Shown here: one piece after another, positions 9,457 through 17,826 of the stretch
Layout: every line of letters begins with the position of its first letter
Position numbering within the stretch: position 1 is the first letter of the stretch
IMG/VR virus record: IMGVR_UViG_3300017914_002709
Span: 84,698 to 117,247 of that record
Direction: 5' to 3' (one strand)
Length of the DNA stretch: 32,550 bases
DNA from: a virus
The notes under the pieces: generated by a model
What the model was told of the DNA's origin: nothing
The model's database searches: none
Seen by the model: only the letters and a program-made list of their open reading frames with translations
Program-made: the position numbers and the translations under genes

Positions 9457-10572
9457 ATGTCTGAAGATTTAAAATGGTCCAACTATGACTTTACTAAAAT
9501 ACCTTTTGACGATATTGTTAGTGTCGGGCAACGTACTCTTTTGTACCGTGATCTATTTACAGTATCATGGTTACTTGGCCGTTTCTGTAACTACCGTTGC
9601 TCCTACTGCTGGCCCTATGCCAGAAGCGATCGTAAAGACCACCGTCCTACCGAGCTCTGCTTGCTTACAGTGGATGAAATTAAACGTCAAGCCAGAGACA
9701 ACGGCTTCAATTCTTTCCACTTCTCCTTGTCGGGAGGAGAGCCTACTTTCCATCCTGGATACTTGGACATACTAAAACACCTAGCAGATGATGTAGAAAA
9801 CACAAACTATACCAGCATACACATGACAAGTAATTGTAGCAGACCTATGAAGTGGTTTGAACAATATGTAGAATGTGCAAAGCCATTTCATAGAGCTAGT
9901 ATCACAGCAAGTCTGCACACTGAACATTTAGACACAAAAGAGAAGATGCAGGAGTTTGCAGACAAGTTGATCCTGTGTCAAGAACACGATGTACAAGTTA
10001 CAATCAATATGGTTATGGTTCCTGAATGGTTTGAAAAAGATTGGGAGAATGCACTATTCTTTCATGAGCAAGGTATCAATGTTACATTAAAGCCGCAAAG
10101 TGATCCTACAGCAAGCCGTGTTGTTGATGGGTATAGTGACGAAATGCTTAAACGACTCTGGAACGGAATGCCTCAAATGGGTTATACAGAAACAAAACGT
10201 AAATGGGCAGATAGACCTAAACCAACATTTGAAATTCCTAAAGATATTGTAGGAAAAAATGATTGGGACGTTCCGTGGCATATGCAAGTTGAATTGAGAG
10301 ATTCAAATAACAAGCGTTGGTATATGGATCAAGCTGAAAGATTCAATGCGTTCAACTTTAATAAATTTAAAGGCTGGAATTGCAATGCTGGATATCAAGG
10401 CATTATTATACGAGAACCAGATGGAAGTGTAAAGCGTTCTTATAGTTGTCACGATGTTCCATTAGGTAATATTGAAACAGGATTTAGATTGTTTGATAAA
10501 CCTATGCCTTGCATTACAGAAAGTTGTGTAAGTTCAGCAGACAGTAAAATACCTAAGAGAAAGTATGCGTAA
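9457..10572 (+). CDS. Radical SAM protein with C-terminal twitch-like Cys motif, related to 6380..7516
   Basis: WLLGRFCNYRCSYC; LSGGEP; TSN; SLH; FKGWNCNAG...SC...PCITESCVSSAD. Confidence 0.9.
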   Translation: MSEDLKWSNYDFTKIPFDDIVSVGQRTLLYRDLFTVSWLLGRFCNYRCSYCWPYARSDRKDHRPTELCLLTVDEIKRQARDNGFNSFHFSLSGGEPTFHPGYLDILKHLADDVENTNYTSIHMTSNCSRPMKWFEQYVECAKPFHRASITASLHTEHLDTKEKMQEFADKLILCQEHDVQVTINMVMVPEWFEKDWENALFFHEQGINVTLKPQSDPTASRVVDGYSDEMLKRLWNGMPQMGYTETKRKWADRPKPTFEIPKDIVGKNDWDVPWHMQVELRDSNNKRWYMDQAERFNAFNFNKFKGWNCNAGYQGIIIREPDGSVKRSYSCHDVPLGNIETGFRLFDKPMPCITESCVSSADSKIPKRKYA

Positions 10573-11215
10573 GAAAGTATGGATATTTGGCGATAGCTAT
10601 GCACAATTAGAAAAGACACATCGTCCTTCGTGGCCTTTGTACTTTGAAAACGATCCAAAATATGATGTAACCAATTTTGCATTAGGCGGCACTGGTCCTA
10701 ATTATAGTTTAAATCTACTCAAAGAACAATTACAAAAAAACACAGAAGATGTCACAGTTATATTTTTTGTAAGTGCTATATGGCGGTTAGACCTAAAGTT
10801 TTTAGAAAAAGGACATCAACATATACTGGTGCATCTTGATGATGAATTGCATGATAAAAAATACAAAAGGTATAAAGCAGGTATAAGATTCTTTTTAGAT
10901 CATTATGTAATGGAAGATAGTTTTAGAAATGTAGAATTAGATAAAGTTATAGGTATTTTAAAATTATACAGTGAGTATTTTGAGAACATGCTTGTATGGC
11001 CTGTATTCCATGAAACTGATACAAATATAAGTAATACAAACAAATTTACTCTAAATAAAGAAATGTTATTTAAAGTCGAGCCATCTCCAAAAGATATGAA
11101 ACGTTATGATAAAAGAGTCAATCATTTATCAACACACAATCATGATAAATTGTACAAACAATTATGTAATTTTGTAGATAATGGTACTTCAATAAACATG
11201 GATGAATTCACATGA
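10565..11215 (+). CDS. SGNH/GDSL-hydrolase-like protein
   Basis: VWIFGDSY, NFALGGTG and C-terminal RVNHLS. Confidence 0.72.
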   Translation: MRKKVWIFGDSYAQLEKTHRPSWPLYFENDPKYDVTNFALGGTGPNYSLNLLKEQLQKNTEDVTVIFFVSAIWRLDLKFLEKGHQHILVHLDDELHDKKYKRYKAGIRFFLDHYVMEDSFRNVELDKVIGILKLYSEYFENMLVWPVFHETDTNISNTNKFTLNKEMLFKVEPSPKDMKRYDKRVNHLSTHNHDKLYKQLCNFVDNGTSINMDEFT

Positions 11216-11688
11216 ACTTTGTTATAACAGGACATACTAGCGGTATTGGTCAAGCAATATATGAACACTTTGGCGGAACAGGTTTAAGCACTTCTACAGG
11301 GTTTGATATTACAACAGATGATATTCGTCAATATATAACAAAAGACACTGTTTTTATAAACAATGCTTTTACACTTACTCAGTCCGATGCACAAACACGT
11401 ATGCTGTTGGAAACATATGATGTAGCAAAGCATGTAATAAACATAGGATCAAACACTATCTATCCCGGAGAATACCAAGATGCTAAGAAACACTTAGCAA
11501 ACACTATCACTGAGTTATTTTACGAAGGATATAATGTTACTAATATAAAACTAGGCAAAGTAGATACACCTTTTCAAAAAGATTACATGGGTGATAAAAT
11601 CAGCTTAGATACGATAATTACTACTATAGAGTATCTAATAACCGTTAAAGAAAGGGTGCATGAAATAAGCATTAGACCTTATGAATAA
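11212..11688 (+). CDS. Minimal short-chain dehydrogenase/reductase (SDR)
   Basis: ITGHTSGIG (TGxxxGIG), INNA, INIGS and YQDAK (YxxxK). Confidence 0.85.
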   Translation: MNFVITGHTSGIGQAIYEHFGGTGLSTSTGFDITTDDIRQYITKDTVFINNAFTLTQSDAQTRMLLETYDVAKHVINIGSNTIYPGEYQDAKKHLANTITELFYEGYNVTNIKLGKVDTPFQKDYMGDKISLDTIITTIEYLITVKERVHEISIRPYE

Positions 11689-12367
11689 TGAAGAATATAA
11701 AAAAATTTTATGGAATAGTCAAAGGTGTCAGCGTAATTGGGACCTAACTAAAACTATACCTAAACAAGATATTGAAACTATGTTACATGCTATCAGTAGT
11801 GCTCCGTCTAAGCAAAATGAAAAACATTTTGAGGTATTTGTTATAAATGATTATTCGGCAAGGAAGAAAATCTATGATGGTAGTAGAAACTTTGCACATA
11901 AAGGTGACGAATCACTTGATTTACATCCTGACGGAACAATAAATTATAAAAGACAAAGCCAACTCATGGCAAACACATTATTTGTATTTTGTAGAGCAGA
12001 AAATAATTTGTTTAGAAGCAGCGAAAGTCATGCTGTGAAATTAGATGTGAATGTAGCAGGACTACACGATATGAGCACTAATGAAAAACGTGATTTTGTA
12101 CGTAAGAAACATATTAGATCAGGATTGCACAGTATCGGAATTGCTGTTGGATATTTATTAGTCACTACTCATATGTTAGGATATAAAACAGGAGTTAGTT
12201 CAGGATTTGGTGCTGCACCTGTAAAAGAAGTTACTGGAAATAATTGGCCTGAAGTTATTGTAGGTGTAGGATACGAAGATGCAACTAGAGATCGTACAGA
12301 AGAGCATTTTGAACAAGGAAGATTTTTTCCAAGCTGGGATAAGGATATTGATGTAAAATGGATATGA
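11681..12367 (+). CDS. Nitroreductase-family flavoprotein
   Basis: SQRCQRNW...APSKQN FMN-binding motif; later IGIAVG...LGY...VGVGY. Confidence 0.8.
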   Translation: MNNEEYKKILWNSQRCQRNWDLTKTIPKQDIETMLHAISSAPSKQNEKHFEVFVINDYSARKKIYDGSRNFAHKGDESLDLHPDGTINYKRQSQLMANTLFVFCRAENNLFRSSESHAVKLDVNVAGLHDMSTNEKRDFVRKKHIRSGLHSIGIAVGYLLVTTHMLGYKTGVSSGFGAAPVKEVTGNNWPEVIVGVGYEDATRDRTEEHFEQGRFFPSWDKDIDVKWI

Positions 12368-13047
12368 TACTAGATAAAGATACACGTTTTGAAATGTATC
12401 CTAAGATACAAGAAGAAGCATATAGAAAATTACACACTGATAAATGTATTCCAACATGTCTCAAAATTGATCCTGGTAATTTTAAAAGCACTATAGAATC
12501 ATATCAACGTTGTTTTAAAACATGGAGTAATAATCGGTCAGATCAATTAGAAATTAGACAAGGACTTGCACTTGTAAATCTCACAGGCACAGTTTATCAA
12601 GATGAAGATTTAACAATAGGTCCTCTTGATTATTATAACAAATGTAACCCGAACAACGGGTTAAATGAAACTGACATTAGAGAAAAGACTGAACTGTACT
12701 ATGAATCTTGTTTTGATCCATTGCGTGTATTTGATGATACTATCATTAGAAGTAGCATCTTAAAATGGCAACCTGGTGCAAACTTTAAACCACATTGGGA
12801 TTTGCAAACACCAACGCCACATTTGAGATTGTGGGGCACCACTGATCCAGATAACATTCAATTACGGTTTGATAATAATGGAGTGTTCGAACCTGTTGAA
12901 AATATAGAAGCAGGCAGAATATATATTATTGATAGTGCAATTGTACATGATGCTGTATGTATCAATAATATTGGATATCAATTTTTTATTGCTGTTGCTT
13001 CAGAAGCATACAATACAATGCTAGAGATAAGAGATGAAATACTTTAA
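12358..13047 (+). CDS. 2OG-Fe(II) oxygenase / Asp-Asn beta-hydroxylase-like protein
   Basis: PGANFKPHWD (HxD) and distal GRIYIIDSAIVHDA histidine. Confidence 0.7.
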   Translation: MDMILDKDTRFEMYPKIQEEAYRKLHTDKCIPTCLKIDPGNFKSTIESYQRCFKTWSNNRSDQLEIRQGLALVNLTGTVYQDEDLTIGPLDYYNKCNPNNGLNETDIREKTELYYESCFDPLRVFDDTIIRSSILKWQPGANFKPHWDLQTPTPHLRLWGTTDPDNIQLRFDNNGVFEPVENIEAGRIYIIDSAIVHDAVCINNIGYQFFIAVASEAYNTMLEIRDEIL

Positions 13048-13588
13048 AACATTAGATCTTCCAGTATTTGATTTATATCAAACATTTAAAGATTTGAACT
13101 TAAAATGGACTAGCCACAAGCAAATATGTATCAATACAACTTTGCCTGATAATGACGATGTTGCTATTGGTGTAGGTAGCCTTACTTATGATTGGGATAA
13201 TGCATACACAGACAATGAAGGCAATAAAATTGTTCCAAAAAAAGATATTGTGTATGATGAAAGCGATTTTAAATATCTTTGTACAAGATTTATTGGCACA
13301 CCATTTGAAATAGTTTATAATGCACTTGCAGAAAAATATGTTTTGGGTAGAGTAAGACTTATGCGCAGTGATCCAAAGACTTGTTTGACTTGGCATGTGG
13401 ATACAAGTCCAAGAGTGCATTTTCCTGTAAAAACACATGAAGGCTGCTTTATGGTTATTGAAGATGAAATCATGCACTTACAAGAAAACACTTGGTATTG
13501 GACTGATACTACTGTACATCACACAGCATTCAATGGTGCTAAAGAAAGTAGAATACATCTAGTGGCTAGTGTGTTAGATCAAAAATGA
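13034..13588 (+). CDS. Aspartyl/asparaginyl beta-hydroxylase-like 2OG-Fe(II) oxygenase
   Basis: GRVRLM...WHVD...RVHFPVKT...HHTAFNG...RIHLV pattern. Confidence 0.8.
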   Translation: MKYFKTLDLPVFDLYQTFKDLNLKWTSHKQICINTTLPDNDDVAIGVGSLTYDWDNAYTDNEGNKIVPKKDIVYDESDFKYLCTRFIGTPFEIVYNALAEKYVLGRVRLMRSDPKTCLTWHVDTSPRVHFPVKTHEGCFMVIEDEIMHLQENTWYWTDTTVHHTAFNGAKESRIHLVASVLDQK

Positions 13589-14106
13589 TTGAAAAGTTAG
13601 AAGATAAACACATTCCTATGATAAAACAGTTTTGCAAAAAATGCAAAGCACTAGGATGGAAGAACAATCAAAGTATTGAAGCCATGCGTTATAATAGAGT
13701 AAATCGCACTGGCGGCGCATTTTTAGGTTTATTTGACGAAGAACTTGTTGGTGTGGCAGGATATTTGCCATTGCCTGAAATTGATTCAAATGCTTGGCGT
13801 ATATTTTATCGTAGTGCAACATTGCCTGGCAAAGGTCCAAACAAAGGACTGCACAGAGGTACAGGACCAAGAGGAAGAATGTTTATAGACAAGTTTATTG
13901 AAAACTTGCCCAATGCTGAATTATATGTTACAACTAATTTAGCAAATGATGAATATGAACATATACTAAGATATCACAAGTCTATGGAAATAGAATCTCG
14001 AATGAAGGACGCATATATAAGCAAACTTTGTGAAACAAGTATTGATAATGCAGTGCAAGCAGTATGGAAATTAGACGTACAAAAGTATTTGGATAAAACA
14101 AGATGA
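13585..14106 (+). CDS. GNAT-fold acyltransferase-like protein
   Basis: FLGLFDEELVGVAG...WRIFYRSATLP...LHRG...LYVTTN pattern resembles a GNAT core. Confidence 0.5.
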   Translation: MIEKLEDKHIPMIKQFCKKCKALGWKNNQSIEAMRYNRVNRTGGAFLGLFDEELVGVAGYLPLPEIDSNAWRIFYRSATLPGKGPNKGLHRGTGPRGRMFIDKFIENLPNAELYVTTNLANDEYEHILRYHKSMEIESRMKDAYISKLCETSIDNAVQAVWKLDVQKYLDKTR

Positions 14107-14732
14107 TAACACAAGAACACATTAAAGAAATCGACATTGAATACGATAGACAAGCACTAGAAGATTTTTATCACGAAATCAAACATAGAGCAAAACCTTA
14201 TATTGAAGTGCATACTGAATACTTAGAGGAAGATGCAGAACATAGTCCTTATTTTAGATGTATTTGTCCTAAATGTTTGCCTACTGGTAAACATCAGCAT
14301 AGTGGAGACAAACACAAATTTATCCGTAGATTAGACAGATTTAAAAATCCTGAAGTTGATAGAATTACTGAACAATTAGAAGAATACACCAAGTGTGATA
14401 CATCTAACAAACCTGTGATGTGGATATATGAACCAGGATTTGTGTTACCACCACATAAAGATTATCTAAGACATTTTAGTATAATGGTTCCAATTCTACC
14501 AGCAGAAGGCGGCGCAACAGTTGATATTTACAATGAAGATTTGCCTGTGATCGACAAAGGCACATATACAACTGTTGAACACAATGACGATTATTTAATA
14601 GGTACTCATACATACAAATTAAATTGCCCTACAGCATTAAATGCTAATAGGGCAATACATGGAGTAAGAAATCAAAACACAACTCGTGTTTTTATCAATT
14701 ACAGCGGTTACTGTAATTGGAGTGATGTTTGA
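14103..14732 (+). CDS. 2OG-Fe(II) oxygenase-like protein
   Basis: LPPHKD (HxD), IHGVRN and distal R (TRVF). Extra CICPKC motif. Confidence 0.7.
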   Translation: MITQEHIKEIDIEYDRQALEDFYHEIKHRAKPYIEVHTEYLEEDAEHSPYFRCICPKCLPTGKHQHSGDKHKFIRRLDRFKNPEVDRITEQLEEYTKCDTSNKPVMWIYEPGFVLPPHKDYLRHFSIMVPILPAEGGATVDIYNEDLPVIDKGTYTTVEHNDDYLIGTHTYKLNCPTALNANRAIHGVRNQNTTRVFINYSGYCNWSDV

Positions 14733-16090
14733 CGTAATTTATATCTTTGTATTTTACCAGTTGGTGTTTTAGGTAATTCATTTACAATATCTACATAATG
14801 CGGATAGTGATTCACTGGCAGTTCATCTATACAAAGTTTTTTAACTTCATTCTTTGTTGAATCAATATCTACTTTGGTAACAACAAATGCTTTGATCTTT
14901 GTAAGTTCGTTGTGATCTAAAGCTGTTACAACTGCACATTCTAGTACATTGTTGTGTTCCATAATTTTAGATTCAATATCAATTGGTGATACCCATACTC
15001 CACCAATTTTAATCATATCGTTACTACGTCCTTTGTAATAATATTTTGCTTTATCTTTGACAAACATATCACCGGTAAGGAACCATCCATCCTCGGCAAG
15101 ACTGTCACCTTGAATTTGCAAGTATCCTACTTCGCCGTCTGGAACTACTTCTCCGTTGTTATCTACAATTTGTGCTTTGTATCCAGGAACAATTCTGCCA
15201 CTGCACCCTGCTTCGCTGTATTCATGTCTGTTGCTGATAAAAATATGCAATGCTTCGGTTGTACCAATACCGTCAAAAATTGTAACACCTACTGTATCTT
15301 GCCATTTGTTATAAATTGGTGCTGGTAACGATTCGCCTGCACTCACACACATTCTTAAACTGGTCAAGTCACGTTTGCGATTTTTAATTGCGGATAATTG
15401 ATGTGCGTACAGTGTTGGCACTCCAAAGTAAATTGTAGGTTTGTATTTTTCTATTGCATCTAATGTGCTTTTTGCTGTGCTCGGTTCTTTTATTAGAACT
15501 GTGCTTGCACCTACAAACAACGGAAATGTCATGCTGTTGCCTAGTCCATATGCAAAAAATAGTTTTGCACTGCTGTATGTAACATCATATGCATTCATAT
15601 ACAATGTCTTTTTTGCATAATTGATAGCAGTTGGTGCTAGATCTTTATGCTTGTGTGGAATGCGTTTGATGTAACCTGTAGTGCCACTACTGAACAAATA
15701 AAAGCAAACATCATTCCTTTCAGCACCATACGGTTCAAAATCTGTGTCGTCTGTAGCACTTTTGTCAAAATGTTCAATATTATGATTTGTAAAAACACTT
15801 TTTGGATTGTGTTTTATAATAATATTTTTTTCATCTTCTTTTCTAAGCATGGTGCTCAACAACATTGGACGAATTCCTGCTTTGATTGCACCCCAAAACA
15901 AATAAAAATATTCTGGGCAATCATCGAGAATAATCATAATCTCATCATTGGGCTTAATTGTCTCTTTGAGTTTATTAGCATAACGATTTACATTGTTATA
16001 CAATTCGTCATAGCTAATAACCTTGTCCTCAAAGTAAATTGCAGTATGTGGAGATTTTCTAATAAAATCTTCTATTGCATTGTAGTGCAT
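14708..16090 (-). CDS. AMP-forming acyl/aryl-CoA ligase, benzoate-CoA ligase-like
   Basis: FSSGTTG P-loop, AKLFFAYGLGNS, SAGE, DGIGTTEALHIFISN, TGD, GRSNDMIK and PKTPTGKIQR. Confidence 0.88.
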   Translation of the reverse strand: MHYNAIEDFIRKSPHTAIYFEDKVISYDELYNNVNRYANKLKETIKPNDEIMIILDDCPEYFYLFWGAIKAGIRPMLLSTMLRKEDEKNIIIKHNPKSVFTNHNIEHFDKSATDDTDFEPYGAERNDVCFYLFSSGTTGYIKRIPHKHKDLAPTAINYAKKTLYMNAYDVTYSSAKLFFAYGLGNSMTFPLFVGASTVLIKEPSTAKSTLDAIEKYKPTIYFGVPTLYAHQLSAIKNRKRDLTSLRMCVSAGESLPAPIYNKWQDTVGVTIFDGIGTTEALHIFISNRHEYSEAGCSGRIVPGYKAQIVDNNGEVVPDGEVGYLQIQGDSLAEDGWFLTGDMFVKDKAKYYYKGRSNDMIKIGGVWVSPIDIESKIMEHNNVLECAVVTALDHNELTKIKAFVVTKVDIDSTKNEVKKLCIDELPVNHYPHYVDIVNELPKTPTGKIQRYKLRQTSLQLQ

Positions 16091-16938
16091 TGTTCAATCC
16101 AATCTTTGCTTTCTTTATTTAAGTACTTCAACGATACTTCTTCGTAAAGTTTGATATCTTCTGCATTTAGTACATTTTTCCATTTGTTGTTTGTGCCTGT
16201 GTGGAAAAAATTATTATTTCCTTCTTTGTATGTCCATTTACTGTTTGGTAAAATAATATCTGCATTATTTTTCATTTCGACAAAACTTGTTAGTTGTGAA
16301 ATATTTTTGTTATAATCTTTGATATCTAAAAATTCTGCTACACGTTTTATACCACTGTCTAAATCATTGAGCAAATCATTGTAGTGTATCAATAGTACAT
16401 TATTGCATTGAGATTTATTCCACCAAGTCTGAAAATGTCTTAAATTTGTCCAGTGAGGCCATCCTTCTGTATCCCATTCTGATGTTCCTACAGTAAGCCA
16501 TTTTTGCCAAAACTCTTTTATATCATTTGGACATGTTGGTAATTCTTTTACCATAGTGTAAAAATTGTCTGTGTAATTTTTGTATTGATTCCACATTGAC
16601 ATGAAAACATCACGTGGATCTCTTCCTACAAATATATATTTGACATTTTTATCAAAAAGCAAAGCATCCGCAGGTAAATGTGATTTAAAACAACGTCTAT
16701 GGTTTTGTGATTCTATTTGTTCTACAAGCACATCAATTGACTTGGTTTTATCTTCTACCCAATGCGAATATGATGTTAAATCGAAATGACTTTCAGTTTG
16801 TAGTATAAGATGCATTACAATATATTGCATCCATGTAGTTCCACTTTTGTATGGTGTAACAACAACTATGTCATTGTTACGTAATTTTACATGGTTCCAT
16901 CTTGTACTATCTAGAATAAAATTATTGTAGGTTTTCAT
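16072..16938 (-). CDS. PAPS-dependent sulfotransferase (Sulfotransfer_1 type)
   Basis: 5'-PSB motif TPYKSGTTW, FKSHLP, 3'-PB motif RDPRDVFMS, and C-terminal FFHTGTNNKW. Confidence 0.9.
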   Translation of the reverse strand: MKTYNNFILDSTRWNHVKLRNNDIVVVTPYKSGTTWMQYIVMHLILQTESHFDLTSYSHWVEDKTKSIDVLVEQIESQNHRRCFKSHLPADALLFDKNVKYIFVGRDPRDVFMSMWNQYKNYTDNFYTMVKELPTCPNDIKEFWQKWLTVGTSEWDTEGWPHWTNLRHFQTWWNKSQCNNVLLIHYNDLLNDLDSGIKRVAEFLDIKDYNKNISQLTSFVEMKNNADIILPNSKWTYKEGNNNFFHTGTNNKWKNVLNAEDIKLYEEVSLKYLNKESKDWIEQCTTMQ

Positions 16939-17671
16939 AGTTTTCAGCTATACACAATCTTGCAACGTCTTTACGCACAAAGTCAGCATACTGTTTGTCT
17001 GTGCTAGTAGCCATATAAACACTATCGCTAGGTACTAAGTTGTATTCGTTACATATTTCTTTTTGTTTATTATAAAACTTATTATGAATATAGTCAATAT
17101 CAAAATTTGTAATAATAGCTTCAGCAATGTCTTGTGCATAGTAATTATAGTAATGATTTTTATAAATCAAGTTGTGTAATTTATCAATACGTTTTTTACT
17201 AAAAAGCCAACCGGTACGAATAAAATTTACACCAAACGGTTTGCTTAAACTGTAAAAAACAGTATCTACACCATCGTGTAAATCAATCTGCTGAACTTTT
17301 GTTGTACCAACATATGCCAAGTCTAGTGCAACTTTAACGTGATTATCAACTGCACAATAATTACCATCTATTGCACTTGGAATAGTTTGATATACATAAT
17401 GCGGAGCCATTCCAGACATTTTGTAATCTACCCATTCGTATTCACCTACAGCTCTCCAAATCTTGTATTCTGATGTTCCGTGCCAGTAATTGATACCTTC
17501 GGTGATTCCGTTAATAGGATATACATAGAAGTCCTTTAACTCTATAACAGGAGCAAGCCATTTTTTAATGTTGGTTTTATATCGCCGTGGAGACAAGTCT
17601 AATTGAACACTATCAATTATTTTTTTCACTTCTGGTAGTAATGGTGTCCTAACTTGCTTGCTAAATTTCAT
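16922..17671 (-). CDS. Compact PLP-dependent (fold type I) aminotransferase-like protein
   Basis: NGITEG, PSAIDGN, LDLAY (DxAY) and SLSKPFG...RTGW (PLP lysine motif). Confidence 0.7.
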   Translation of the reverse strand: MKFSKQVRTPLLPEVKKIIDSVQLDLSPRRYKTNIKKWLAPVIELKDFYVYPINGITEGINYWHGTSEYKIWRAVGEYEWVDYKMSGMAPHYVYQTIPSAIDGNYCAVDNHVKVALDLAYVGTTKVQQIDLHDGVDTVFYSLSKPFGVNFIRTGWLFSKKRIDKLHNLIYKNHYYNYYAQDIAEAIITNFDIDYIHNKFYNKQKEICNEYNLVPSDSVYMATSTDKQYADFVRKDVARLCIAENYENLQ

Positions 17672-17826
17672 GCTAATTTAGCCCAATACTTTCCTTCTCC
17701 TGTAATTGTATAAGTTCTTGGATCTCCCCAAATGCTTTTTACAATTTCAATAGCATGGTTTTCATTATTAGCATATACCATATCTATGTGTAATCTACCA
17801 GAATAAACATTGTATGTTTTAATCAT
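17668..17826 (-). CDS. 52-aa hypothetical micro-protein (not in the ORF track)
   Basis: MIKTYNVYSGRLHIDMVYANNENHAIEIVKSIWGDPRTYTITGEGKYWAKLA. Its ATG overlaps the thiolase stop (TGATG) and its stop overlaps the next ATG (ATGA), exactly filling the gap. Confidence 0.75.
   Translation of the reverse strand: MIKTYNVYSGRLHIDMVYANNENHAIEIVKSIWGDPRTYTITGEGKYWAKLA

Noticed and set aside
15647-16147. 166-aa + strand ORF and similar short antisense ORFs (e.g. 13100-13477, 25149-25547, 27120-27551, 30573-30989)
   Set aside because: They lie opposite well-supported genes, have no motifs and show Phe/Ile/Cys-rich shadow composition.
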